From positions 196,981 to 260,980 of the forward strand of contig DATKXK010000005.1 in assembly GCA_035529075.1 (NCBI GenBank): a stretch of DNA of 64,000 bases, in the 5' to 3' direction. The DNA comes from Acidobacteriota bacterium (GTDB lineage Bacteria > Zixibacteria > MSB-5A5 > GN15 > FEB-12). Shown piece by piece: positions 36,354 through 47,948 of the stretch. The notes below the pieces were generated by a model, which saw only the letters and a list, made by a program, of their open reading frames with translations, had not been told where the DNA came from and made no database searches. The translations under genes were made by a program, and so were the position numbers. Every line of letters begins with the position of its first letter. Position 1 is the stretch's first letter.

Positions 36354-37289
36354 CTATATCTTCCGGGCTACGGCGGGTTTGAAGTCGCGCCGGGCCAGAA
36401 GCTCTTCCTGCCGTTCGCGGATCATGGCCTCGCTCATCTTGAAATGCGGCCCCACCTGCTCGATCATGACAGACGACGTGCAGGAGGCATAGCAACCGGC
36501 TTGCCACAGGTCGCCGCCGGTCCTGAGGTATTCGAAAACGAACCCGCCCATGTACGTGTCACCGGCGCCGGTAGCGTCGACGAGGTCGATTTCGTAGGGC
36601 GGGATGTTGATGAATTCGTCGCCGTCGTAGATGACTGACCCCAGTTCGGCCAGCGTAACGATCACGAGGCGCGGCCCCCACGACTTGATAATCCTGGCCG
36701 CCTCGTAAGGGTCCTCGCGGCAGTTGATCCCGGTGAGTACCATGCCCTCCAACTCGTTCGGCTTGACGATATCGCATATACCGAGAATGCCTTCGATACC
36801 CTCCGGCTTTTCGTGAAAGATGCGGCCGTTGTCATGTGCTCCGCGCAGCAGGCCCTGCGGGTCGCAAAAGAGCAGGCCGTCATGATTGGCGCGAATGTCA
36901 CGTATGTCTTCGAACGTCAACTCCTTGAGAATGGGCCCGAGCAGCACGGCCCCGGAGTCCGCGTACGCTTGCGGCTCAAGCCGGCCAATGCCGCCGGCCC
37001 GACCGAGCAGGTCGAGCGTGCGGTTGCCGAAGTCGTCGTAGTAAATGAGCGAGAAACCGCCGGACTCGCGAGAGGGGACAATCTCATGCTGCATGTGGTA
37101 AGGTGCCAGGTCGCGGATAAACTGTTCTTTGAAGTCGTCGCCGATTGCCCCGATCAGCCTGACCTCTTCACCCATCTTGGCCAGGGCAAGCGCGGCGTTG
37201 GTGGAACAGCCGGAGAGAATCCGCTCTTTCGTGTCGACTTTAGGAGTCCTGATGTAGTCGTATACAGGGTTGCCGATCGCCGTGATCAC
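36354..37289 (-). CDS. PfkB family carbohydrate kinase
   Basis: The C-terminal DATGAGDTYMGGF motif and a ribokinase-like length are present. Confidence 0.8.
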   Translation of the reverse strand: MITAIGNPVYDYIRTPKVDTKERILSGCSTNAALALAKMGEEVRLIGAIGDDFKEQFIRDLAPYHMQHEIVPSRESGGFSLIYYDDFGNRTLDLLGRAGGIGRLEPQAYADSGAVLLGPILKELTFEDIRDIRANHDGLLFCDPQGLLRGAHDNGRIFHEKPEGIEGILGICDIVKPNELEGMVLTGINCREDPYEAARIIKSWGPRLVIVTLAELGSVIYDGDEFINIPPYEIDLVDATGAGDTYMGGFVFEYLRTGGDLWQAGCYASCTSSVMIEQVGPHFKMSEAMIRERQEELLARRDFKPAVARKI

Positions 37290-37407
37290 GGGCTTAGCCG
37301 CCTTTCTTCAAACCGAGCAGGAAGCGGGACGCAGGCGGGCAGTCTGGCTGGCGGCTTACGGGCGGCGTTGGTGCGTGCCTGATCATGAGATACCGGGTTT
37401 TTGGGGG

Positions 37408-38052
37408 TCACGCTTCCCGTCTGTCGTCCAGGATCTTTTTTGTATAAACCAGCCGCTGGATACCGGTGATAAGCGACGTCACGCCGACCACTATCAGGGC
37501 GAATTCCAGCCAGCCCCCGCGCGGCCAGGTCCCCGAGGGCAGGTAGATTTCGACCAAGGAGCCTGCTATTATCAGGACGAATTTCTCCAGGCGGCCGACG
37601 ATGCCTACCGCGCAGTTTTCGATCCTGCCCATGGATTCGGCAGCGGCGCGCGTGTAACTGGCGATCATCATGCCGAAGAGGGCAAACAGGCCCCAGCCCG
37701 GATGAACTGCTCCGGACAAAGTGATACCGGCCAGTATAAAGAACTCCCCGTAGCGGTCTGACACGTGGTCCAGGATGCCGCCGAAGAGGGTTCCCATCTT
37801 GCCGGCTCGCGCCGTCGCGCCGTCGAGCATATCGGTAAGCGCCGTGGCCAGCATCCAGAACACTCCCCAGCCGAGCGCACCTTTCCAGAAGCAGATGCCG
37901 GATATGAGAGCGCAAAGGACTGATGCACCGGTCAGGAAGTTCGGCTTCAGGCCCAGCCGCAGGCAGATTTTACCCAGAACGAGCGATGACTCCTCGTAGA
38001 ACTGCCGCTTTCGCTGATTGATCCCCGGCAAACCTTGTACGTCCCTGCTCAT
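37408..38052 (-). CDS. CDP-alcohol phosphatidyltransferase family protein (phosphatidylinositol-phosphate / archaetidylinositol-phosphate synthase-like size)
   Basis: It carries the complete D-x2-DG-x2-AR-x8-G-x3-D-x3-D motif (DMLDGATARAGKMGTLFGGILDHVSD). It is 214 aa and polytopic. Confidence 0.85.
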   Translation of the reverse strand: MSRDVQGLPGINQRKRQFYEESSLVLGKICLRLGLKPNFLTGASVLCALISGICFWKGALGWGVFWMLATALTDMLDGATARAGKMGTLFGGILDHVSDRYGEFFILAGITLSGAVHPGWGLFALFGMMIASYTRAAAESMGRIENCAVGIVGRLEKFVLIIAGSLVEIYLPSGTWPRGGWLEFALIVVGVTSLITGIQRLVYTKKILDDRREA

Positions 38053-38156
38053 ATATGCAGTGGGAATATACCGGTTGCCACCGGCGGCGTCAATTTATAT
38101 GCCCGTGATATTTCGCTGCCGCCGTTTTGTCCGTCCCGTTCCCGCTTAGAAGCTGA

Positions 38157-40263
<2,107 letters not shown>

Positions 40264-40268
40264 ACACC

Positions 40269-40538
40269 ATGGTGGTTAGAACGGCAACGATCGTCAATAA
40301 GCTCGGCCTGCACGCCCGCCCGTGCGCGCAGCTTGTCTCCACGGCCGCTAAGTACGACTCAGTAGTGCATTTCACGAAGGACGAGTTGCGGGTGAACGGC
40401 AAATCAATCATGGGCGTGATGATGCTGGCGGCTGAGAGGGGATCTGCAATAAAGGTTGAAGCCGAAGGTCCGGATGAAGAACAGGCTGTGGCCGATCTGG
40501 TGCAGGTTATTGAATCCGGCTTTGGCGAGGAGATCTGA
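40269..40538 (+). CDS. ptsH: Phosphocarrier protein HPr
   Basis: 89 aa, with the GLHARP active-site His15 region and GKSIMGVM containing the regulatory Ser. Confidence 0.9.
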   Translation: MVVRTATIVNKLGLHARPCAQLVSTAAKYDSVVHFTKDELRVNGKSIMGVMMLAAERGSAIKVEAEGPDEEQAVADLVQVIESGFGEEI

Positions 40539-40615
40539 TATTGTCCTTGTTTTGCGCGGGCCGGTTTATCTATCATGGTCGTGCGTTTGGAAAAGACAAG
40601 GCAGGGCAATAGGAT

Positions 40616-42379
40616 ATGGTGGAGCGGTACAGGCGCAAACTGCTGAAGGGTCTGCCGATCTCAGCCGGGATCGTGATGGGTCGCGGCAAGGTCATTCTGC
40701 CCGGCGACGTGCGCGTAGCCGAGGTTGCCGTTACGGCTTCGCGCGTCGGGGAGGAAATCGCCGCTCTGGACTCGGCGGTGGCTCAGACCATCGCCGAATT
40801 GCGCCGCATCAGGGACACGGCCGGCAAAAAAATCGGCGGCCCGGTGGCGAAGGTCTTTGACGCTCAACTGCTCATCGCCGGTGATTACGAGTTCCTCAAC
40901 AAGGTCAAGGAACAGATTGCCCAGCGGCGGCGTAACGCCGGGTACGTCTACAACCTCCTGGTCGAGAGAACCACTCGGCCGCTGAATAAATCGCCCGATC
41001 CCTACCTGCGCCAGATGTCGCAGGATATTGTGGCCGTGTCCAGCCGCGTGCTATCATATCTGGCCGGTTACGAAGAAGAGTCGAGCCTGCGCTTTCCCAC
41101 CGGCACCATCGTGATTGCCAAGACGCTGACTCCCGGAGAGGTCCTGGCCTACCGCAACCGCAAGGTGGTCGGTTTTATCGTCGGTGAGGGCGGACGCAAC
41201 TCCCACATGGCACTCATCGCACGGTCGCTCATGGTCCCGGTTGCCGTCATTGCCGACCACTGGCGGCAGATACCGGATAACTGCCGCATTATTGTCGACG
41301 GCACCAGCGGAGCGGCCATCATCGACCCGACCGACGCTGAATGGGACAAGTACCACAAGCTAAGGAAACGACAGGGACCGGCCGCGGTCTCGCGGATAAA
41401 AAAACTGGCGCAGATACCGCCGCAGACGGTCGACGGCCTGCCGATCCAGATCGCCGCCAATCTCGAACTGCCGGGACCGGTGGACGCTATCCTGTCCGCC
41501 CGGAAGATCCCGGTCGGGCTGTACCGGACGGAGTTTCTCTACCTCGAGCGAAACAGCTTTCCTGACGAGGAGACGCAGTACGATTTCTACCTGCAGATCT
41601 GCGAAGCTTTTCCTGACAGCGAAGTGACTCTGCGCACGTTCGATCTCGGCTCTGACAAGGTCGCGGGCGATGGTTTTGCGAAGACTGAGGATAACCCCGC
41701 CCTCGGCTGGCGCGGTATCCGGTCAATGCTGGAGATGACGAGCGTCTTCAAGGACCAGATTCGGGCCATGTTGCGCGCGTCGGCCCACGGTAAGATCAGG
41801 ATAATGCTGCCGATGGTAACCGATGTGGCCGAGTTCGAAAAGGCCAAGAAACTGGTTTCGCAGGTTATGTTGGACTTGCGCCGCAAGGGGATCCCATTCG
41901 ACGCCGACGTCCCGCTCGGCGTGATGGTCGAAGTGCCGTCGGCTGCTCTGACTGCCGACCAGTTGGCCCGCAGGGTCGATTTTATCTCGATCGGTACCAA
42001 TGACCTTACCCAGTATACTCTTTCCGCCGACCGCAGCAATGTCCGCGTGGCTGGACTGTACAACCCGCTGCACCCGTCCGTCCTGAACCTGGTGAAGATG
42101 ACGGTGGACGCCTGTGCCAAACACGACATTCCCGTATCCATCTGCGGCGAAGCGGCCGGTGATCTACTGGCCCTGCCGCTGTTCATAGGTATGGGAGTGA
42201 AGCAGCTTTCCATGAACCCGGCCAGGATTTTCGACGCTTGCCGCCTTGTCAGAAAAATCGACTTCAACCTCGTGCGCCTTCTCGTCGGCTCAGTCATGTC
42301 CAGTGAAACCAGCTCAGCCGTGAAGAGAAAACTGGACGCCTACCGGTCGGGGCTCGAAAAGAAAAGGACCGTCCGATGA
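40616..42379 (+). CDS. ptsI: Phosphoenolpyruvate-protein phosphotransferase (PTS enzyme I)
   Basis: Contains the GGRNSHMALIARSL phospho-His region and the PEP-utilising TIM barrel motifs GTNDLTQY and ICGE. Confidence 0.92.
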   Translation: MVERYRRKLLKGLPISAGIVMGRGKVILPGDVRVAEVAVTASRVGEEIAALDSAVAQTIAELRRIRDTAGKKIGGPVAKVFDAQLLIAGDYEFLNKVKEQIAQRRRNAGYVYNLLVERTTRPLNKSPDPYLRQMSQDIVAVSSRVLSYLAGYEEESSLRFPTGTIVIAKTLTPGEVLAYRNRKVVGFIVGEGGRNSHMALIARSLMVPVAVIADHWRQIPDNCRIIVDGTSGAAIIDPTDAEWDKYHKLRKRQGPAAVSRIKKLAQIPPQTVDGLPIQIAANLELPGPVDAILSARKIPVGLYRTEFLYLERNSFPDEETQYDFYLQICEAFPDSEVTLRTFDLGSDKVAGDGFAKTEDNPALGWRGIRSMLEMTSVFKDQIRAMLRASAHGKIRIMLPMVTDVAEFEKAKKLVSQVMLDLRRKGIPFDADVPLGVMVEVPSAALTADQLARRVDFISIGTNDLTQYTLSADRSNVRVAGLYNPLHPSVLNLVKMTVDACAKHDIPVSICGEAAGDLLALPLFIGMGVKQLSMNPARIFDACRLVRKIDFNLVRLLVGSVMSSETSSAVKRKLDAYRSGLEKKRTVR

Positions 42380-43467
42380 CCCGGCAAGACCTTCTGGCTC
42401 AACTCGATGATGCCGACCGCATGCGCGCTCTCGACCCGAGCGGCATGTACGATCGGATCCGGGGCCTGCCCGAGCAGATGCAAGATGCCCTCGCGATCAT
42501 GCGCCGCCGAGAGGTCCGGAGAGAGGGATTTCATGACGTCACGGAGGTTGTCATAGTCGGCATGGGAGGTTCAGCAATCGGCGGTGACCTCGTACGAACA
42601 CTGACGCACTTGCAGTTGCAGGTTCCGCTTCAGGTTTGCCGCCATTACCGTCTGCCCCAATACGTGGACGAACGAACCTTGGTCATAGCCTCCTCGTACA
42701 GCGGTAATACCGAGGAAACGCTGTCGGCGTTCGCGGAGGCTCTTGACCGTCGATGCATGTTTGCGGCGATCACCACCGGCGGCAAGCTCGGGGAGCTGGC
42801 AAGGGTGAACGGAATCCCCACTGTCCGTATCCCGCCCGGACTGCAGCCTCGGGCGGCCATCGGATACTCGTTCGTGCCGCTTTTGATGCTGCTGGAGGAG
42901 GCGGGGCTGGTCGAGGGGATGGCTGATCAGGTTTCGCGTACAACGGCTAACTTGGTCTCGCTCCGGGATCGGTACGACCGCAGCGTGCCGGCCGCGGACA
43001 ATCCGGCCAAGCAGCTTGCGGCGCAGATTCACGGGCGCGTGGCAATCGTCTACGGCGGCCCGGAACTGACCGACGTCGTGGCCGTCCGCTGGAAGGGGCA
43101 GATATGCGAGAACGGCAAGAACATGGCCTTTGCCAACCAGTATACGGAGTTCAACCATAACGAGCTGGTCGCGTGGTCGCGCACGATCGCCCCGCACCGG
43201 GATCACCTGGCCGTGATTCAACTTAAGGATGCCGGTGACCACCCCAAGGTGAGCCGACGCCGGGAAATCGTCGGCTCGATCATCGAGGGATTGGGTGTGC
43301 CCGTTGTCGAAGTAGCATCCAGCGGCACCGTCCCGCTGGAACGCATGTTCAGCCTTATTCAAATGGGTGATTTCGTTTCCTACTACCTGGCCGTTCTTAA
43401 CGAGGTTGACCCGACGCCCGTCGATGCCATCGAAACTCTGAAGAGGAAACTCGCCGAATCCGGGTAG
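42376..43467 (+). CDS. Bifunctional phosphoglucose/phosphomannose isomerase family (SIS domains)
   Basis: ATGA overlap with ptsI. Contains VGMGGSAIGG and ASSYSGNTEET, and the size (363 aa) matches archaeal-type PGI/PMI. Confidence 0.78.
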   Translation: MTRQDLLAQLDDADRMRALDPSGMYDRIRGLPEQMQDALAIMRRREVRREGFHDVTEVVIVGMGGSAIGGDLVRTLTHLQLQVPLQVCRHYRLPQYVDERTLVIASSYSGNTEETLSAFAEALDRRCMFAAITTGGKLGELARVNGIPTVRIPPGLQPRAAIGYSFVPLLMLLEEAGLVEGMADQVSRTTANLVSLRDRYDRSVPAADNPAKQLAAQIHGRVAIVYGGPELTDVVAVRWKGQICENGKNMAFANQYTEFNHNELVAWSRTIAPHRDHLAVIQLKDAGDHPKVSRRREIVGSIIEGLGVPVVEVASSGTVPLERMFSLIQMGDFVSYYLAVLNEVDPTPVDAIETLKRKLAESG

Positions 43468-43682
43468 CCGCATGAGCACCCTGCCGGGTACTGCCTGCGA
43501 CATCCGACGCGAAGAGGCGCCGGCCGTGGCCGATCCCGGGTGCCCCGTTTGCCGGGAGGCGTTCCCGGGCACGTCGGGTGCGGATGATTCTCCGGACGAG
43601 TTCGTCGACTGATCCTCCGTTCGACGCCGGAACCGCCGATAAACCGCAATTGACATCACGATTGACTGACATATATTACCCT

Positions 43683-44564
43683 ATGCGACACCTGCTGCGA
43701 AAACTCCTTCCGACCGTACCTTCCGCGCTGATCTCATTCTTCCTGCTGGGGACGCAGTCAGCCGTGGCGCAGGCAAGCGGCGACACGATCGTGCGATGGG
43801 ATCGCACCAGTGCGGCGATTCTTGTAGCCGTCTTCTCGATAGTCGTGCTGCTGTACACGCGATGGGCCAAGGCGGGCAAGTCGCTTTTCCTGCGCAAGAT
43901 TCCCGGCCTGGAGGCGGTTGAGGAAGCGGTGGGTCGGGCCACCGAGATGGGCCGAGCGGTGCTGTACATTCCCGGCATTCAGGAACTCGACGATATCGAG
44001 ACGGTGGCCGGTATCTCCATTCTCGGAAGGGTTGCGAGAATCGCCGCACAGTACGACACGCCGCTGGTGGTGCCGGTTCGGTATCCTCTGGTGCTGGCTG
44101 CGGGCCAGGAAGTAGTTGAGCAAGCGTATGTCGAGGTAGGCAAGGCGGATGCGTACAACAAGGATATCGTACGCTACGTGGCCGGGGAGCAATTCGCATT
44201 CACGGCCAACGTGAACGGTCTCATGATGCGGGATCGACCGGCCGCCAACATTTACATGGGCGCCTTTTTCGCCGAATCGCTGCTGCTTGCCGAAACCGGG
44301 AATGCGGCGGGCTCCATTCAAATTGCCGGGACCGCCCGCCCGGAACAATTGCCCTTCTTTATTGCGGCCTGCGACTATACGCTTATGGGAGAGGAACTGT
44401 ATGCCGCCTCCGCATACCTGTCCCACGAGCCGCTGATGCTGGGCGGTCTTAAAGGGCAGGACCTGGTGAAAATCCTCATCATTATCTTTATCGTCGCCGG
44501 GGTCATCCTCGTGACTCTGGGCATCGGTGACACTTTCCGCAGCTGGTTTGATCTGGGGAATTGA
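43683..44564 (+). CDS. Hypothetical membrane protein P1 (signal/TM, soluble domain of about 230 aa, C-terminal TM)
   Basis: The start is trimmed to ATG 43683 (MRHLLRKLLP...). Hydrophobic segments lie near both ends. I recognise no family. Confidence 0.55.
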   Translation: MRHLLRKLLPTVPSALISFFLLGTQSAVAQASGDTIVRWDRTSAAILVAVFSIVVLLYTRWAKAGKSLFLRKIPGLEAVEEAVGRATEMGRAVLYIPGIQELDDIETVAGISILGRVARIAAQYDTPLVVPVRYPLVLAAGQEVVEQAYVEVGKADAYNKDIVRYVAGEQFAFTANVNGLMMRDRPAANIYMGAFFAESLLLAETGNAAGSIQIAGTARPEQLPFFIAACDYTLMGEELYAASAYLSHEPLMLGGLKGQDLVKILIIIFIVAGVILVTLGIGDTFRSWFDLGN

Positions 44565-45229
44565 GCGTGAGAACGGTCATTCCAGTGGTCGTGGCGTTCC
44601 TTTCGGGCATCGTCATGGTTGTATCCTTCTTTTTCAATCCGGACCGGACCATACTCGGCCGGATTGAGCCGATGGTGCTCAACTGGGTAACGATTGTCGG
44701 CGGGTTCACGCTGCTGCTGGGTGTCGTTTCGATCACGCGCGTCAACTGGAGCGGCGTGCGCCGGAGGCAGGACGGCTGGGTGTACAAGTGGTTCACTCTT
44801 CTGTCGCTGTACGTCATGGCCATACCGGCGCTGCTGCCGTCGTCATGGTCGCCGCTGTTCGGGGACGCCCGGGGTTCGATCTACGATTGGCTGTTTACGC
44901 ACGTCGATTCTCCCATGATGTGCACGATGTTTGCCATGCTGGCCTTTTACATCGCCTCGGCGGCTTACCGTGCTTTCCGCGCCCGAACACTCGAGGCGAC
45001 GCTGCTGCTTGTGGCCGCCGTGCTGGTGATGCTCTGGCGGATCCCGATGGGTGAGGCGTTCCTGCGCCTGTTCAGCGACAGCCTCCCGGGTTACATCAAT
45101 ACGTTCCTGATGGGCGGAGTCAACGCGGCGGTGCAACGAGGCATCGTCATCGGCGCTGCGCTCGGGGCTGCCTCGATGTCGCTGAGGATACTGCTCGGTA
45201 TCGAGCGAACGTACATGGGGAAGGGTTAA
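44561..45229 (+). CDS. Hypothetical polytopic membrane protein P2
   Basis: It overlaps the P1 stop; the start is TTG 44561 or GTG 44567. There are several hydrophobic helices. I recognise no family. Confidence 0.55.
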   Translation: MSVRTVIPVVVAFLSGIVMVVSFFFNPDRTILGRIEPMVLNWVTIVGGFTLLLGVVSITRVNWSGVRRRQDGWVYKWFTLLSLYVMAIPALLPSSWSPLFGDARGSIYDWLFTHVDSPMMCTMFAMLAFYIASAAYRAFRARTLEATLLLVAAVLVMLWRIPMGEAFLRLFSDSLPGYINTFLMGGVNAAVQRGIVIGAALGAASMSLRILLGIERTYMGKG

Positions 45230-45232
45230 CCC

Positions 45233-46069
45233 GTGGGTTTCTGGGAGAAATTCGGTTCTCTGGACCGCCGCCTGATCTATCTCATGGTGGCGCTGGCGGT
45301 CATTTTCCCGCTGATCGTCCCCGCCACCTTCAAGGTTTACGTTACTCCCGAGGCCCAACAGCTCTATGAGGCCGTTGAGGCGTTGCCTGATTCCTCGAAT
45401 GTCATGCTCACCTTCGACTACTACCCGTCGACTCTCGCGGAGACGGAACCGATGTCCATCGCTGCGCTGCATCATTTGTTCCGCAAGAACTGCAGGATCG
45501 TCACGCTGACGACGGTTCCTCTGGGCGGCCCCTCGATTGCCGAGCGCGTGACGCGATCCGTCGCTGAAGAACTCGGTAAAGTCTACGGCGTGGACTACGT
45601 CAACCTGGGTTTCAAGTACGGGTACGTGGCGGTGCTCAAAGGGATGGGCACGTCAATTGAGACCATTTACCCGACCGACAACTCCAGCACACCGCTGGCG
45701 GAGCTGCCGATGATGCAGTCAATCAGGAATTACGGCGATATCCGCTTCATCTTTGTCGTCTCGGACAACAACATAGTCGACTACTGGATTTCGATCGTCA
45801 ACGCCGAGTATGCCGTTCCGGTCGGCTGCGGGGTGACGGCCGTATCGGCGCCGAAGTATTACTCGTTCACGGCCTCGGGACAGGTGACCGGCCTGCTCGG
45901 CGGGATGAAAGGCGCTGCCGAGTACGAACAACTGGTGCAAAAAGAGGGGTTGGCCGTGGCCGGTATGGCCATGCAGTCGCTGGTTCACCTGCTCATCATT
46001 GCTCTCGTCGTCGTGGGCAACATAGCCTATTTTGCCACCGGGCGCCAAAAGAAGGGGGCGGCCCGATGA
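45233..46069 (+). CDS. Hypothetical membrane protein P3 (N-terminal TM, soluble domain of about 215 aa, C-terminal TM)
   Basis: GTG 45233 lies 3 nt after the P2 stop, with GGGGAAGGG upstream. I recognise no family. Confidence 0.55.
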   Translation: MGFWEKFGSLDRRLIYLMVALAVIFPLIVPATFKVYVTPEAQQLYEAVEALPDSSNVMLTFDYYPSTLAETEPMSIAALHHLFRKNCRIVTLTTVPLGGPSIAERVTRSVAEELGKVYGVDYVNLGFKYGYVAVLKGMGTSIETIYPTDNSSTPLAELPMMQSIRNYGDIRFIFVVSDNNIVDYWISIVNAEYAVPVGCGVTAVSAPKYYSFTASGQVTGLLGGMKGAAEYEQLVQKEGLAVAGMAMQSLVHLLIIALVVVGNIAYFATGRQKKGAAR

Positions 46070-46701
46070 GTCCGGTGGAAATCCTGCAGGTCTGGGTTGC
46101 CGCCTTTTTTACGCTGGCCTTATTTTCGTTTCTTTACCGGGATAACCCGTTTTTCAAGCTGGCCGAGCATATTTTTGCCGGTCTGTCGGCCGGGTACTAT
46201 ATCGGCGTGGTCTGGAAATCGGTCATTCTTCAGCAGTTGTGGTACCCCATGCAGGCCGGCCACTGGGAGCTGGTTTTCCCGGCTATGCTTGGTCTTCTCA
46301 TGTTTGCCCGGCTGTCGTCCAAGTACTCCTGGATATCACGGGTTTCGCTTGCCTTCGTCATCGGGTGCACGGCCGGCGTGTTTCTGATCTCGCAACTGAA
46401 CGGGATGGTTCTGCCGCAAATGCAGGCGACCATGCTGTCGCTGGGTTTCGCCGACGGAATCGTGGAGATGCTGCTGGCGGTGATTGTAGTGGTGGGAGTC
46501 ATTTCCACCCTGATCTACTTCTATTTTTCCAAGGAGCATACGGGCGTGATGGGGGTAACGGCCAAGATCGGTATCTGGTTCATCATGGTCGCCTTCGGCG
46601 CTCATTTCGGATACACGGTCATGGCCCGCGTCTCGCTCTTGATCGGGCAGGTGTATTTCCTGTACCACCAGTGGTTGGGGTCGTTTTCGGATATCTTCTG
46701 A
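46066..46701 (+). CDS. Hypothetical polytopic membrane protein P4
   Basis: ATGA overlap with P3. There are several hydrophobic helices. I recognise no family. Confidence 0.55.
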   Translation: MSPVEILQVWVAAFFTLALFSFLYRDNPFFKLAEHIFAGLSAGYYIGVVWKSVILQQLWYPMQAGHWELVFPAMLGLLMFARLSSKYSWISRVSLAFVIGCTAGVFLISQLNGMVLPQMQATMLSLGFADGIVEMLLAVIVVVGVISTLIYFYFSKEHTGVMGVTAKIGIWFIMVAFGAHFGYTVMARVSLLIGQVYFLYHQWLGSFSDIF

Positions 46702-46773
46702 GCAGGCCGGTGACACGGCGGCGGTTTCTTTGTATAATCCTGTGAGGTGGCTCTGTCAAATGCAGGAGGATAA

Positions 46774-47838
46774 GTGAAAAGCATGTCCAAATACTTCGGG
46801 CCGCTTGTGGCTGTTGTGCTGCTGACCGGCTGCGGCTACAGTCCGGACAAACCCGTGTATGACACGGTCGAAAATCCCGACGGTTTTCCGGTCATGGCGG
46901 TTCAGCTCCTGGATGATATTGAGAACGACCAACTTACGGGCCTGGACGAAATAAGCGAGGCGTTCGGCCAACTGTACACGGAGCATTCTGAACTGCTGGA
47001 CAATGCGGCCTGGCGCGCTATTATTGACCGCCTCGGCCTGCGGCTGCACTACAAGGCCAGGCAGTTACTCAGGCAGGGCCTGCCCGGGTTCACGGGGGCC
47101 TCAGGGTATTTCATGCTGGCGGCCTTTGCCCGGCCGAAGGATCCGGAGGTCACGCGCGACGGCCGTCTTTTCACGTGCTGGCGAAAGGCCGTCACGGATA
47201 CAACTGCCGGTGCGCTTATTGACTCCCTGGCGCAGGACTCCTCGCCGGCTGTCAGACTTAACCTGGCCAGGTTCTTCATGCTCAATGACTCGTTGCATCG
47301 ACAGTTCGGACGGGAATACCTGATCGGGAACCTGTTTGCGTCACCTTCCGGCGAGAGCGCCATCTCCGGGTCGGCCGGGTTGACGGCTCTTGACAGAGCC
47401 TTTGCCGCCCACCTGGGCCTTTATGACTTTCCCCGGGAAGAGGCCATGGTGTCGTTCGGCGAGCAGTCAGTTGACCTGCTTTGCGCCGGATTCGTACCCC
47501 TGGGCGAAAACGTCTATCGCGCCGAGTTGTATTTCTATCCTCGTGAACGGATTGAATCCGACTATTCCGTAGCCCTTCGGATCACCACCGCCGGCGTGAG
47601 CGCGGAATCCCTGTTTGATCCCCTCCGCTTTGTGCCCTTCGATTTTCCACCGGAGGTGCCAACGTCGCGCTGGGAAAAGGGAAAGGTGGCTGCCGCATAC
47701 CGGATCATTCGTTTTCTCGACCCGATTTCCGACGTCGCGGTCGGTCTGGTCGACGTCAGCGCCGAGCCCCGGCGCTACCTGAAGCCCGCGGGTGCCGACG
47801 GCAATTGTTTCCGTTTTTCGAGCGGTACGGGGCAGTAG
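46774..47838 (+). CDS. Hypothetical lipoprotein
   Basis: AGGAGGA at 46764-46770 precedes the start. The signal carries the lipobox LLTGC. I recognise no family. Confidence 0.55.
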   Translation: MKSMSKYFGPLVAVVLLTGCGYSPDKPVYDTVENPDGFPVMAVQLLDDIENDQLTGLDEISEAFGQLYTEHSELLDNAAWRAIIDRLGLRLHYKARQLLRQGLPGFTGASGYFMLAAFARPKDPEVTRDGRLFTCWRKAVTDTTAGALIDSLAQDSSPAVRLNLARFFMLNDSLHRQFGREYLIGNLFASPSGESAISGSAGLTALDRAFAAHLGLYDFPREEAMVSFGEQSVDLLCAGFVPLGENVYRAELYFYPRERIESDYSVALRITTAGVSAESLFDPLRFVPFDFPPEVPTSRWEKGKVAAAYRIIRFLDPISDVAVGLVDVSAEPRRYLKPAGADGNCFRFSSGTGQ

Positions 47839-47948
47839 TCGAGACGGGCGGGGGGGTGTGCTTGTATGCCGGGGAGAAGCGCTCCGCTTTTCTGCTTGTC
47901 TGGCCTTCGGGCTCTGCCTACATTGCCCGTGTTTACAGAAAGTTGTCC

